Below, one piece after another: positions 37,432 through 47,652 of a stretch of 64,000 nt of DNA. Source of the stretch: Methylotenera sp. (GTDB lineage: Bacteria; Pseudomonadota; Gammaproteobacteria; Burkholderiales; Burkholderiaceae_C); the NCBI GenBank assembly GCA_021738245.1, contig JAIPCJ010000001.1:11504-75503 (forward strand), in the 5' to 3' direction. Each line of letters starts with the position of its first letter. Position 1 is the stretch's first letter. The notes beneath the pieces were generated by a model. It had not been told where the DNA came from. It did not search any database and was given only the letters and a program-made list of their open reading frames with translations. A program made the translations under genes and the position numbers.

Positions 37432-38571
37432 TCACAACTTGGTGAATCGCAGCCAGTTCAGGTTCCAGCCGCCCCTCGGTGCGAACACGCCGACGTTGTA
37501 GGTGCCGGCATTGATGTTCACGGTGTGCGAGACCGTCGTCCAGTTCTGCCAGCCGCCGGTGGCCGGCACGCCGAGCTGGCCGAGCTGGATGCTGCCGGCG
37601 TTGAGGTCCAGCGACAGCGTGCCGCCGCTCGGGCTGGCCACGCGGTACTCGACCCGGTAGCTGCCGCTGCTCGGGAAGGTGATGCTGTTGTAGGCCATCC
37701 AGTCATTGGTATCGATCCAGCCGACGTTCAGCCCGCCTTCGGTACAGGCCTCGGTCTGCACGCCGGCCTGGGCGCTGAAGGCCTCGGCTTCGATCTGGCG
37801 CGACCAGGTCGGGGCGTACACGCGCACATAGTCCACGTACATGCGTGCCGGCAGCGCCGCGTTGTTGACGTTGAAGCCCGGCCAGTTGCCGCCGACCGCG
37901 AAGTTCAGCAGCAGGAAGAAGTCCTTCTGGAACTCGTCGGTGCCGTTCACGCCGTTGGCGATGTTGACCTCGTGGTACTTGTTGCCGTCGACGAACCAGC
38001 GGATGGTGTTGGTGTCCCACTCCACCGCATACACATGCCAGTCGGTCACGGTGGTGGCGGTGTTGCCGCCGTACTGGGCATAGGCGCCGGTGTGGTCTTG
38101 CCAGTGGATGGTGCCGTAGACCTTGTTCTCGTCGTTGACGTGCTCCATGACGTCGATCTCGCCGGAGGCGGGCCAGCCGACCTGGGGTAGGTTGGCGCCC
38201 AGCATCCAGAACGCCGGCCAGGCGCCCAGGAAGGACGGCAGCTTCATGCGCGCCTCGATGCGGCCGAAGCGGAAGGTCTTCAGGCCCTGCGTCTTCATGC
38301 GGGCCGAGGTGTAGGACGCGCCGCCGAAGTTCTCGCGCTTGGCCGTGATCACCAATGCGCCGTTCTCGACGGTGGCGTTCTCGCGGCGGTAGTACTGCAG
38401 CTCGTTGTTGCCCCAGCCCCCGGCGCCGGTCTCGAAGACCCAGTTCGGGCCGATGCTGCCGTTGAACTCGTCACTCCAGACGAGCTGCCAGGACTGCGCT
38501 TGCGCAAGACCCGCGGCAGCCATCACGAGGCCGGCCAGGGCCGGGCGGATGAAGGATCGGAAGAGGCTCAT
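37432..38571 (-). CDS. GH16 beta-1,3-glucanase (laminarinase-type) with C-terminal CBM6
   Basis: WSDEFNG, GWGNNELQYY, WPAFWMLG and EIDVME catalytic motif; IEAE..NVGWIDTNDW..WNLNWL CBM6; signal peptide. Confidence 0.93.
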   Translation of the reverse strand: MSLFRSFIRPALAGLVMAAAGLAQAQSWQLVWSDEFNGSIGPNWVFETGAGGWGNNELQYYRRENATVENGALVITAKRENFGGASYTSARMKTQGLKTFRFGRIEARMKLPSFLGAWPAFWMLGANLPQVGWPASGEIDVMEHVNDENKVYGTIHWQDHTGAYAQYGGNTATTVTDWHVYAVEWDTNTIRWFVDGNKYHEVNIANGVNGTDEFQKDFFLLLNFAVGGNWPGFNVNNAALPARMYVDYVRVYAPTWSRQIEAEAFSAQAGVQTEACTEGGLNVGWIDTNDWMAYNSITFPSSGSYRVEYRVASPSGGTLSLDLNAGSIQLGQLGVPATGGWQNWTTVSHTVNINAGTYNVGVFAPRGGWNLNWLRFTKL

Positions 38572-38616
38572 GAGATGTCTCCAACTGTGGGGTGACCATC
38601 GCCTGTGTCGGCGATG

Positions 38617-38630
38617 TGAAAGCGCTTTCA
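38617..38630. promoter_or_regulatory. LacI-family operator TGAAAGCGCTTTCA upstream of GH16
   Basis: Perfect copy 46 bp upstream of the GH16 start. Confidence 0.85.
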
Positions 38631-38751
38631 GTGCGCGCTGCAGTGTGGCCTTCACGGCCTGGCGCGTGCAATGGGGCGCTGTGGCCGAAGGCGGGGACGG
38701 GTGAACCCTGGGGCCGGCAGCCGCCGCCGGGGCGGCCACCGGCGTGTTCGA

Positions 38752-40365
38752 TCAAGGCAGGGCGTTCAGGGCGTTGCGCACGCCCCGTGAAAAGGCCAGG
38801 CCGTCCTTGCGGTCCCAGTTGATCGACCAGGTCATCACGCCGCGCAGCGTCGGGTAGGCCGCCAGCGGCTTGATCGCGCCGCACTGCGTCAAGCGCGTCA
38901 GGCAGTTCAGCGCCGCGGTGATGTTCGCCAGGCTCGCCTGCCCGCTGTTGGCGGACGACGGGCCGGACGGCAGGCCGAAGGCCACCTGGTCGGGTCGCAG
39001 GCCCCGGAACACGTACGGCCCGCTGCCGTTGTTGGTGGTGAAGCCTTCGATCAGCATGCGGCTGGCGGCCACCAGCAGGTCAACGCTGCCCTCGGCCAGG
39101 CCCGAGGTGGCGTAGGGCGTGTAGAGCGCACCGTTGTTGTAGTACTGCACGTGCAGCACGTTGAGCTCGTCGCGCAGGCCGTCGATGAGCGGCAGGTAAG
39201 CCCCCCAGATGCCGCCGTAGGCAACGTAGCCGCCCTGCACGTAGGGATGCTCCGGAGCCATCGACAGGTAAAAGCCGCTGCCCAGCCGCGCCTTGAGCTG
39301 CTTCACGGCCGTGACGAGGTTGGCCACCACCGGGGCGCCCGAGGTGACGCCGGCGCCGCTTTCCAGGTCGATGTCGATGCCGTCGAACCCGTACTTGCGC
39401 AGGATGGCTTCCACGCTGTTGACGAAGTTGGCCACCTGGGCGGCGTTGGTCAGTGTGACCGTGCCGTTCTGCCCACCGAAGGACAGCACCACCTTGCGGC
39501 CTTTGGCGCGCGCCGCGGCGATGTCGGCGATGAAGCGCGCCTCGCCGCCCGAGCCGCCGTCGAGGTTGAACACGATGTTGCCGTTGCCGCCGTCATCGGC
39601 AAACGCGACCACGATGACGTCGTAGTCCGCCGAGACCTCGCTGAGCGGGAAGGTCGGGCCCGACGGGTTGGTGAAGTTGTGCCAATAGCCGATGAGCTGG
39701 TGCTTGCCGGGCGATGGGGAGGGCGACGGAGAGGGGGCTGGGGCCGGTGAGGGGGCCGGACCGGGGGCGGGGCTCGGAGAAGGACTCGGGGACGGGCTCG
39801 GGGGCGGACTGGGCGCTGGACTGGGCGAGGGGCTCGGCGAAGGCGTGCCGCCACAGCTGCCTTGCGAGGTCCAGGGCTGGCCGCTGCCGGAAGGGCCATT
39901 GCTGGTGGCGGGGTCGTTGCCTTGGGTCCACCAGTTGGCCTTGTAGTTGATGCTGGCCTTGCTGGCGATCTGCCCGCCGCTGTAGGCGGTGCTGCTGACC
40001 CAGGCGGCCGCACAACTGCCGCTGGGCGCAGGCGCGGGTGATGGGCTGGGTGAAGGCGTCGGTGAAGGGGTGGGGGAGGGCGTTGGCGAGGGCGTCGGGG
40101 ATGGCGTGGGCGCCGTGCCTGACGCGGGACCGAGATCGGTCCACAGCGACGCATTCGCCGGGCTCCAGCCGGTGCTGGCGTAGTCGGTCTGATTGACGGT
40201 GGCACGGTAGAGCCGGCCGTTGAAGGTCACGACCGTGCCGGCCGTGTAGTAGGTGTCGGCCTGCCAGGCCGGGTAGCTCTGCGCGAGGGCAGGCTGCGAC
40301 AGCAACAGGGCGCCGGCAAGCAGCCAGGGGCTGGCCGTGCGCGGCCGGGGAGGGCGCGGGATCAT
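38752..40365 (-). CDS. GH18 chitinase (ChiC/ChiD-type) with two N-terminal CBM5/12 modules and PS/PT linkers
   Basis: LIGYWHNF, FDGIDIDLE (DxDxE), SMAPEHPYVQGG, HVQYYN and GVMTWSINWD motifs; WQADTYY and YKANWWTQG chitin-binding motifs. Confidence 0.93.
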   Translation of the reverse strand: MIPRPPRPRTASPWLLAGALLLSQPALAQSYPAWQADTYYTAGTVVTFNGRLYRATVNQTDYASTGWSPANASLWTDLGPASGTAPTPSPTPSPTPSPTPSPTPSPSPSPAPAPSGSCAAAWVSSTAYSGGQIASKASINYKANWWTQGNDPATSNGPSGSGQPWTSQGSCGGTPSPSPSPSPAPSPPPSPSPSPSPSPAPGPAPSPAPAPSPSPSPSPGKHQLIGYWHNFTNPSGPTFPLSEVSADYDVIVVAFADDGGNGNIVFNLDGGSGGEARFIADIAAARAKGRKVVLSFGGQNGTVTLTNAAQVANFVNSVEAILRKYGFDGIDIDLESGAGVTSGAPVVANLVTAVKQLKARLGSGFYLSMAPEHPYVQGGYVAYGGIWGAYLPLIDGLRDELNVLHVQYYNNGALYTPYATSGLAEGSVDLLVAASRMLIEGFTTNNGSGPYVFRGLRPDQVAFGLPSGPSSANSGQASLANITAALNCLTRLTQCGAIKPLAAYPTLRGVMTWSINWDRKDGLAFSRGVRNALNALP

Positions 40366-40502
40366 GAAGTTCTCCTGCCGGCGGGCCATGCCGGCCCGCG
40401 GCGTTGTTGCGATGTGCGCCGCCGCCCGGCCCGTGCAGGGGCCGAAGCGGCGGGGTGAGGGGCGCGTTCAGGCGCGCGTTCAGGTGCTTCCGGTGCGGGA
40501 CA

Positions 40503-42245
40503 TCACTTCCACGGCGCGTTCTGCAGCGCCGGGTCGTCCACCAGATTCAGCAGGCCGGCCGCCTTCTTGCCGATGCTGCCGGGCGATGCCAGCGGTGCGC
40601 TGCCGCAGCTGCCGCTGGCCGTTTTCAGGGCCTGCCACAGCATGGCGCCGTCGCGCGGGTTGCGGTTGGCCAGCGTGCTGGTCGTCACCGCGTTCAGGTA
40701 GCGCTCCACCGAGTAGGGCTGGTTGATGTTGGCGCCGTAGCTGTTCTGCAGGATGACCGAGCCGGTGCATTGCGCGTCGGCGTTGTTCACCACCAGTTGC
40801 CCGCCGGCCCAGCCTTCGGGTGCGGTTTCGAAGCCGATGGACACGATGGTGCTGCTCGGGAAGAGCTGCCGGTACTGCTTCCAGGCGGTCACGCCGTCGT
40901 AATGCTCGAAGCGGGCGTCGTAGCTCATGATGTTCACGAGGTTGAAGGCCGTCTTCATTGCCGGGTCGCTGTTGACCAGCTGGCGCTCCAGCCCCGCCTT
41001 GCCGCCCCAGTAGCTCACGCCCACACCCGCGCACTGCGGGTCGTTGGCCGTGGCGCCGGTGCAGTCCGCGCCGGTGGACCAGGCGGCCACCGTCAGGATG
41101 CGCCCGCCGCCGGCCAGGTCGACTGCCTTGCGCATGGCCTTCACGGCGCCGGCATAGCCGTCCAGGCCTTCGATCTCGTAGTCGACATCCAGGCCGTCGA
41201 AGCCCACATCTTTCATGATGTTGGCCAGCGCGGTGATGGTGGGGCCGCTGCCTGCGTGGCCTTCGGCCGAGAGCGTGCTCCAGCTGTTGTAGGTGGCGCC
41301 GCCCACGGCCAGGATGACCTTGATGTTGCGGGCGTGCAGCACGTCGATCGCGGCCTTGATGTCCGACGGCCGGCCGTTGAAGTTGATGCCCGTGCCCGAC
41401 CAGTTGTTGGCCGCCATGCCGCCCCAGCTGAAGTTGGGCTGCGCGAATGCCGCCACCACATGCGTGTAGTTGGCGGGGATGCGCGCGAAGTTGCTGGCCT
41501 GGAACACCTGGTTGAGCGTCTTGCCACTGGCATCGAACCAGTTGTCGCTCCAGCTCGGGTAGTAGACGGTGTAGGCGCGGCCGTTCTGGTTGGCCGACTT
41601 GGCGGCCGGGTCGCTCAGGCCTGGGGCCGGCGCGGGCGAGGGGGCCGGGCTGGGTGACGGGCTGGGGGAAGGGCTTGGCGACGGGCTCGGCGAAGGAGAC
41701 GGCGACGGCGATGGGCTGGTGGTGCAGGCGCCCTGTGAAGTCCACGGCTGGCCGCTGCCCGTGGGGCCGCTGCTCGTGGCGGGGTCATTGCCCTGCGTCC
41801 ACCAGTTGGCCTTGTAGTTGATGCTGGCCTTGCTGGCGACCTGGTTGGTCGTGTAGGCGGTGCTGCTGGACCACGCGGCGGCGCAGGTGCCGCTCGGCGT
41901 CGGGGAGGGCGTGGGAGAAGGCGTCGGCGAGGGCGTCGGTGAGGGTGTCGGTGAGGGTGAAGGGGACGGTGTCGGCGAAGGCGTCGGCGCCGTGCCCGAG
42001 ACCGGGCCGAGGTCGGTCCACAGCGAGGCGTTGGTGGGGTTCCAGCCCGTGCTGGCGTAGTCGGTCTGGTTGACGGTGGCGCGGTAGAGGCGGCCGTTGT
42101 AGGTCACGACGGTGCCGGCCGTGTAGTAGACGTCGGGCGCCCACGCGGGCGTGGTCTGGGCGGCGGCCGTGAGGGCGAAAGCGGCGGCGGAGATGGCCGC
42201 CAGGCGGCGCAGCTGGTGCGTCGGGATGCGGGAAGCTTGTTTCAT
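40503..42245 (-). CDS. GH18 chitinase (divergent catalytic subtype) with two N-terminal CBM5/12 modules
   Basis: [22 protein letters not shown] and NIMSYD motifs; N-terminal modules near-identical to those of the neighbouring chitinase. Confidence 0.88.
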   Translation of the reverse strand: MKQASRIPTHQLRRLAAISAAAFALTAAAQTTPAWAPDVYYTAGTVVTYNGRLYRATVNQTDYASTGWNPTNASLWTDLGPVSGTAPTPSPTPSPSPSPTPSPTPSPTPSPTPSPTPSGTCAAAWSSSTAYTTNQVASKASINYKANWWTQGNDPATSSGPTGSGQPWTSQGACTTSPSPSPSPSPSPSPSPSPSPSPSPAPSPAPAPGLSDPAAKSANQNGRAYTVYYPSWSDNWFDASGKTLNQVFQASNFARIPANYTHVVAAFAQPNFSWGGMAANNWSGTGINFNGRPSDIKAAIDVLHARNIKVILAVGGATYNSWSTLSAEGHAGSGPTITALANIMKDVGFDGLDVDYEIEGLDGYAGAVKAMRKAVDLAGGGRILTVAAWSTGADCTGATANDPQCAGVGVSYWGGKAGLERQLVNSDPAMKTAFNLVNIMSYDARFEHYDGVTAWKQYRQLFPSSTIVSIGFETAPEGWAGGQLVVNNADAQCTGSVILQNSYGANINQPYSVERYLNAVTTSTLANRNPRDGAMLWQALKTASGSCGSAPLASPGSIGKKAAGLLNLVDDPALQNAPWK

Positions 42246-42363
42246 GGGTCGGTCCTGTGCAGGGCGAGGGCTCGTGAAAAGGCTGAGGCACCCGGTCTTC
42301 GATCGGGGCGCCTCGGCCGCGGCGGGCCCGCCGCTCCGTGCGGGCTCTCGAGCTGGCTTCAAC

Positions 42364-42408
42364 TGGTATGCATCCAATTTGCGACTGCTACCACCTCTTA
42401 GATACCAC
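42364..42408. promoter_or_regulatory. candidate NagQ/GntR-type TGGTAT boxes upstream of the chitinases
   Basis: TGGTAT at 42364-42369, plus minus-strand direct repeats GTGGTAT (42402-42408) and GTGGTAG (42388-42394). Confidence 0.4.
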
Positions 42409-42563
42409 TTTGCAAACCAGTCGCGGCGCCGTCACCGGGGGAAACCCAGGGATCGGGTGACAAAACGTTGCAGCGCCTCCGCGGCCAAAGGGTTGTTGCC
42501 TTCGCGGTCCCCGGGGCCTAGGGTTTGTGCTGCTGGGGTGTCTGGCGCCATGACGCACAATCT

Positions 42564-42577
42564 TGAAAGCGCTTTCA
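42564..42577. promoter_or_regulatory. LacI-family operator TGAAAGCGCTTTCA upstream of the ABC operon
   Basis: Perfect copy 7 bp before the SBP ATG. Confidence 0.85.
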
Positions 42578-42584
42578 TAAAGTC

Positions 42585-43865
42585 ATGTCTGCCTCGTCCG
42601 CCCTCTCTCGTCGACACGTTCTCGCCGCCGCCCTCGGCACGGCAGCGGGCGGTGCCACCAGCCCGGTGCAGGCCCGGCCGGGCGAGCCGCTGACCGTGGC
42701 GGCCTTCCCGCTGGTCGATGTCATCGCCCAGGACGTGCTCAAGAGCTGGGCCACGCGTCACCCCGAGGTGCGTGCCCGGGTCATCAGCCGCCAGTACGAC
42801 GACCACCACACCGCCATGACCACGGCGCTGTCCACGTCCGGCCATCTGCCCGACGTGATTGCGCTGGAAACGAGCTATCTGGGCCGCTTCTCGCTGGGCA
42901 CGGGCCTGGAAGACCTGTCGGCGCCGGCCTACGGCGCGGATCGCTTCAAGGACCGCTTCGTTTCCTTCGCGTTCGAGACAGGTCGCAACCGTGACGGGCG
43001 CGTGGTGGCCATGCCCACCGATGTCGGGCCAGGCTCGCTGTTCTACCGTGCTGATCTGCTCGCCCAGGCTGGGCTCAAGGAGGCGGACCTGACCGCCTCC
43101 TGGGACAGCTATGTGCAGGCCGGTCAGCAACTCAAGGCCCGCACGGGGGCTTACCTGATCGGCGACGTGCGGTTGTTGAAGGACATCGTGCTGCGCGCCG
43201 GCACGCCGGCAGGCGAGAACATCTTCTTCGACCGCCAGCAGCGCGCCCAGGTCACCTCGCCACGCTTCGTGCGGGCGTTCGAGCTCGCGCAGAAGGTGCG
43301 CCGCCTGGGCCTGGATGCGCGCGTGGAGGTGTGGTTCAACGACTGGGCCGAGATGCTCAAGCGCGGCCGCCTGGCCACCGAGATCTCGGGCGGCTGGATG
43401 GCCGGCCAGATGGCCAACTGGGTCGCCCCCGGCACAGCAGGCAAATGGCGCGTGGCGCAGTTGCCCGAGCGCACCTTCTGCGCCTACGGCGGCACCTATT
43501 ACGCCATCCCGCGGCGCTCCGACCCGGCCAAGAAGGCCCTGGCCTGGCAGCTCATCCAGGAGCTCACGCTGGACCGCCAGCGCCAGCTCGACGCCTTCCG
43601 TTCGCAGGATGCCTTCCCGGCGTTGCTCGCCGCGCAGGATGACGCCTTCTTCGACCAGCCCGTGCCCTTCCTCGGCGGCCAGCCGGCCCGGCTGTTGTGG
43701 CGTGACGCAGCACGCCGCATTCCGGTGATGCCGGTGCACAAGCAGCAGAAGTTCGCCGACGAGGTCGTCAATGCCGAGCTCGACAACGTGCTGGAGTACG
43801 GCAAGCCGATCGAGCGGGCGTTGGCGGATGCGCAGGCGTTGTTGGTTCACAGGGCGAACCGGTGA
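42585..43865 (+). CDS. sugar ABC transporter substrate-binding protein (Tat signal)
   Basis: SRRHVL signal; LPDVIALE, AMPTDVGP..FYRADL and YGGTYYAIP motifs of CUT1 SBPs. Confidence 0.92.
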   Translation: MSASSALSRRHVLAAALGTAAGGATSPVQARPGEPLTVAAFPLVDVIAQDVLKSWATRHPEVRARVISRQYDDHHTAMTTALSTSGHLPDVIALETSYLGRFSLGTGLEDLSAPAYGADRFKDRFVSFAFETGRNRDGRVVAMPTDVGPGSLFYRADLLAQAGLKEADLTASWDSYVQAGQQLKARTGAYLIGDVRLLKDIVLRAGTPAGENIFFDRQQRAQVTSPRFVRAFELAQKVRRLGLDARVEVWFNDWAEMLKRGRLATEISGGWMAGQMANWVAPGTAGKWRVAQLPERTFCAYGGTYYAIPRRSDPAKKALAWQLIQELTLDRQRQLDAFRSQDAFPALLAAQDDAFFDQPVPFLGGQPARLLWRDAARRIPVMPVHKQQKFADEVVNAELDNVLEYGKPIERALADAQALLVHRANR

Positions 43866-43924
43866 TGGTGATGGCTGCGCTCTCTCGCTTGCTTGAGGCA
43901 AGGGCGGCTTTACGCCAACGCCCA

Positions 43925-44504
43925 TGCCGGGAATTCGCCCCGGCGGGCGACCTACTTTTTGAGCGACCAAAAAGTAGGCAAAAAGTCGCCCCCCGAGCCG
44001 CCCGGCCTTTCGCTTCGCTCTGGCTTCCCTGCGCTGCTCAGGCCTTGAGGGCCCGCGCAAAACTCGCTTCGCTACGCTGCGCTCAAACAGTTGCGCGGAG
44101 TCAGTTCTTGAAGCGCGCTGCGCGCGCGCCCTCAAGTCCTTCCGCTGCTCGGCGGGCTCAAGGGGGGACAGCAGGAACAGCCACGACCGAAGGGATGTGG
44201 CGTTTGGCTGTTGGCTGTTTCGGCTGTTCTGGGCTTCCCCTTCAAAACCGCCGAGAAGCGCAGAAGCCCGGGGCGCGCGCGCAGCGCGCATCAACCTCTG
44301 ACTTCGCGCCCCTTTGTCTAAACGTAGCGAACGCAGTGAGCGAAGTGAGTTGGGCGCGGCCCCGGGCTTCGAGCATCGCAGGGAACCCACCCGCAGGGTG
44401 GGCGGTTTTGCAGGGGCCGCTCTTTGCCTACTTTCTGGCGGGCCAGAAAACCGAAGGTTTCGGCGCAGCCAAAGTAGGTCGCCCGCCGGGGCGAATTCCC
44501 GGCA
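43925..44504. mobile_element. 580-bp non-autonomous palindromic (MITE-like) element
   Basis: Perfect 34-bp terminal inverted repeats TGCCGGGAATTCGCCCCGGCGGGCGACCTACTTT at 43925-43958 and 44471-44504; inner imperfect arms at about 44027-44089 and 44315-44383; no transposase. Confidence 0.8.
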
Positions 44505-44568
44505 CCGACCGTGCCACCAAGCCCACGCCACAACAAGCACGCCTGGCGGGCAACAACGAGGCCCACGC

Positions 44569-45461
44569 ATGACCCTGCGCATCCCCAACCGCTGGGCCCC
44601 CTACCTGCTGGTCAGCCCCTTCCTCATCCTCTTCGCCGTCTTCGGCCTCTTCCCCCTGCTGTTCTCGCTGTGGCTGGCTTTCCAGTCGTGGGAGCCCACC
44701 AGCGGCATCGAGGCCATGCGCTTCGTGGGCCTGGACAACTTCGTGTTCGCCCTGACCGACGGCTGGTTCTGGAAGTCGCTGCGCAACACGCTGTGGCTGG
44801 CCATCGCCTCCGGTGTGCCGCAGCACCTGGTGGCCCTGCCGCTGGCGGTGTTCCTGCACCGGTCCTTCGGGCGCTGGCGTGGCCTGGTGTCGGGTGCGTA
44901 CTTCCTGCCCTACATCACCTCCACCGTGGCGATCGCGATGCTGTTCGGCTCGCTCTTCTCCACCGACTACGGCCTGGTCAACCAGGCCCTGCATGCGCTG
45001 TTCGGCATGGAGCACATCCACTGGCTGCGCTCGCCCGAGGCCATCAAGCCGGCGGTGGCGCTGGTGGTGTTCTGGCGCTACGTGGGCTTCAACCTCGTGC
45101 TGTATCTCGCCGCGCTGCAGACCATCCCGCAAGACCTCTACCAGGCCGCCAAGCTCGACGGCGCCGGCTCCTGGCAGCAGTTCCTGCGCATCACGCTGCC
45201 GGGCTTGAAACCCATGATCCTGTTCGGCGTCACGCTGTCGGTCATCGGCGGCCTGCAGCTCTTCGAGGAGCCTTTCATCCTGACCAATGGCAAGGGCGGC
45301 GCCGACCAGCAGGCCATGACGGTGGGCATCTACCTCTACCGCCTGGCGTTCGACTTCAGCGACTTCGGTGCCGCCAGTGCACTGGCCTGGATCATGTTCG
45401 GCGTCATTGCGCTGCTGACCTGGCTCACCAATAAGGCGTTTGCAGAAAGGCAGGCCCAGTC

Positions 45462-45465
<4 letters not shown>
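44569..45465 (+). CDS. sugar ABC transporter permease
   Basis: YLLVSPF, FVGLDNF and EAA-like loop LYQAAKLDGA. Confidence 0.93.
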
Positions 45466-46280
<815 letters not shown>

Positions 46281-46289
46281 GAAGCCTCC

Positions 46290-47621
46290 ATGAATCCTTT
46301 GCACCGCCAGTTCCCCGCCGATTTCGTCTGGGGCGTGGCCACCAGCAGTTTCCAGATCGAAGGCGCCGCCCATGAAGACGGCAAGGGCGAGTCCATCTGG
46401 GACCGCTTCTGCAAGCAGCCCGGCGCCATCGCCGACGCGAGCAACGGCGACATCGCCTGCGACCATTTCCACCGGCTGGACAGCGACCTCGATCTCATCG
46501 CCTCGCTGGGCGTGAATGCCTACCGCTTCTCCATCGCCTGGCCGCGGGTGCAGGCGCTCGGCCATGGCGAGTTCAACCCGCGCGGGCTGGACTTCTACGA
46601 GCGGCTGGTCGACGGTCTGCAGCGCCGCGGCATCCAGGCCTGGGCCACGCTCAACCACTGGGACCTGCCCCAAGGCCTGCAAGACCGCGGCGGCTGGAAC
46701 GATCGCGACACGGTGCACCGCTTCGTCGACTACGCCCGCCATGTGCAGGCCCGCCTGGGCGACCGCCTGCACGGCATCACCACCCACAACGAGCCCTGGG
46801 TGATTGCCACCCTCGGCCACGACCAGGGCAACTTCGCGCCCGGCATCAAGAGCCGCAAGATCGCGGCCCAGGTGTCGCACCACCTGCTGCTCAGCCACGG
46901 GCTGGCCATGCAGGCCCTGCGGGCCGATGGCGCCAAGAGCCAGCTCGGCATCGTGCTCAACCTGTCGTCCACGGTGCCCGCCACCGCGATGCCGGCCGAC
47001 ATCGCCGCGGCTGACCTGGCCGATTCGCGCAGTCGCCGCTGGTATGCCGACCCGCTCTTCAAGGGCCACTATCCGGCCGATGTGCTGGCCGAGCTGGGTG
47101 CGGACGCGCCCGTGGTGCAGGCCGGCGACATGGCGGCCATCGCGCAACCGATGGACTACCTCGGCATCAACTACTACACCCGCAGTGTCATCGCCGCCAG
47201 CGGCGAGGACTGGAACGCCAAGGGCCGCGGCCTGCCGGTGTCCGACATGGACTGGGAGATCTACCCCCGCGGCCTGACCGACCTGCTGGTGCAGATGCAC
47301 CGCGACTACCCAGCCCTGCCGCCGGTCTACATCACCGAGAACGGCGGCGCCTTCAAGGACGACGCGCTGGCCCAGGGCCGCGTGCAGGACGACGACCGCA
47401 TCGCCTACCTGCGCGAGCACATCGCCGCCGTGGCTTGCGCCATGCAGCAGGGCGTGCCCATGGCCGGCTACATGGTCTGGAGCCTGATGGACAACTTCGA
47501 GTGGGCCAGCGGCTACCTCAAGCGCTTCGGTATCGTGCATGTCGACTACGCCACCCAGGCCCGCACGCCCAAGGCCAGCGCCGAGTGGTACCGCCAGTTC
47601 CTGCGCGACTGGCGCGGTTGA
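46290..47621 (+). CDS. GH1 beta-glucosidase
   Basis: ATSSFQIEG, YRFSIAWPR, THNEP, YITENG and WSLMDNFEW motifs. Confidence 0.94.
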   Translation: MNPLHRQFPADFVWGVATSSFQIEGAAHEDGKGESIWDRFCKQPGAIADASNGDIACDHFHRLDSDLDLIASLGVNAYRFSIAWPRVQALGHGEFNPRGLDFYERLVDGLQRRGIQAWATLNHWDLPQGLQDRGGWNDRDTVHRFVDYARHVQARLGDRLHGITTHNEPWVIATLGHDQGNFAPGIKSRKIAAQVSHHLLLSHGLAMQALRADGAKSQLGIVLNLSSTVPATAMPADIAAADLADSRSRRWYADPLFKGHYPADVLAELGADAPVVQAGDMAAIAQPMDYLGINYYTRSVIAASGEDWNAKGRGLPVSDMDWEIYPRGLTDLLVQMHRDYPALPPVYITENGGAFKDDALAQGRVQDDDRIAYLREHIAAVACAMQQGVPMAGYMVWSLMDNFEWASGYLKRFGIVHVDYATQARTPKASAEWYRQFLRDWRG

Positions 47622-47652
47622 ATCCCGAACTTCACAACAACACGGAGACCCC

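Noticed and set aside
39690-41990. Tandem CC(C/G)TCGCC-type repeats as CRISPR or VNTR
   Set aside because: They encode Pro-Ser/Pro-Thr linkers inside the chitinases; no spacers or cas genes.
43925-44504. Autonomous IS element
   Set aside because: No transposase motif (DDE, HUH or serine recombinase) in any frame and no clear target duplication; kept as a non-autonomous element.
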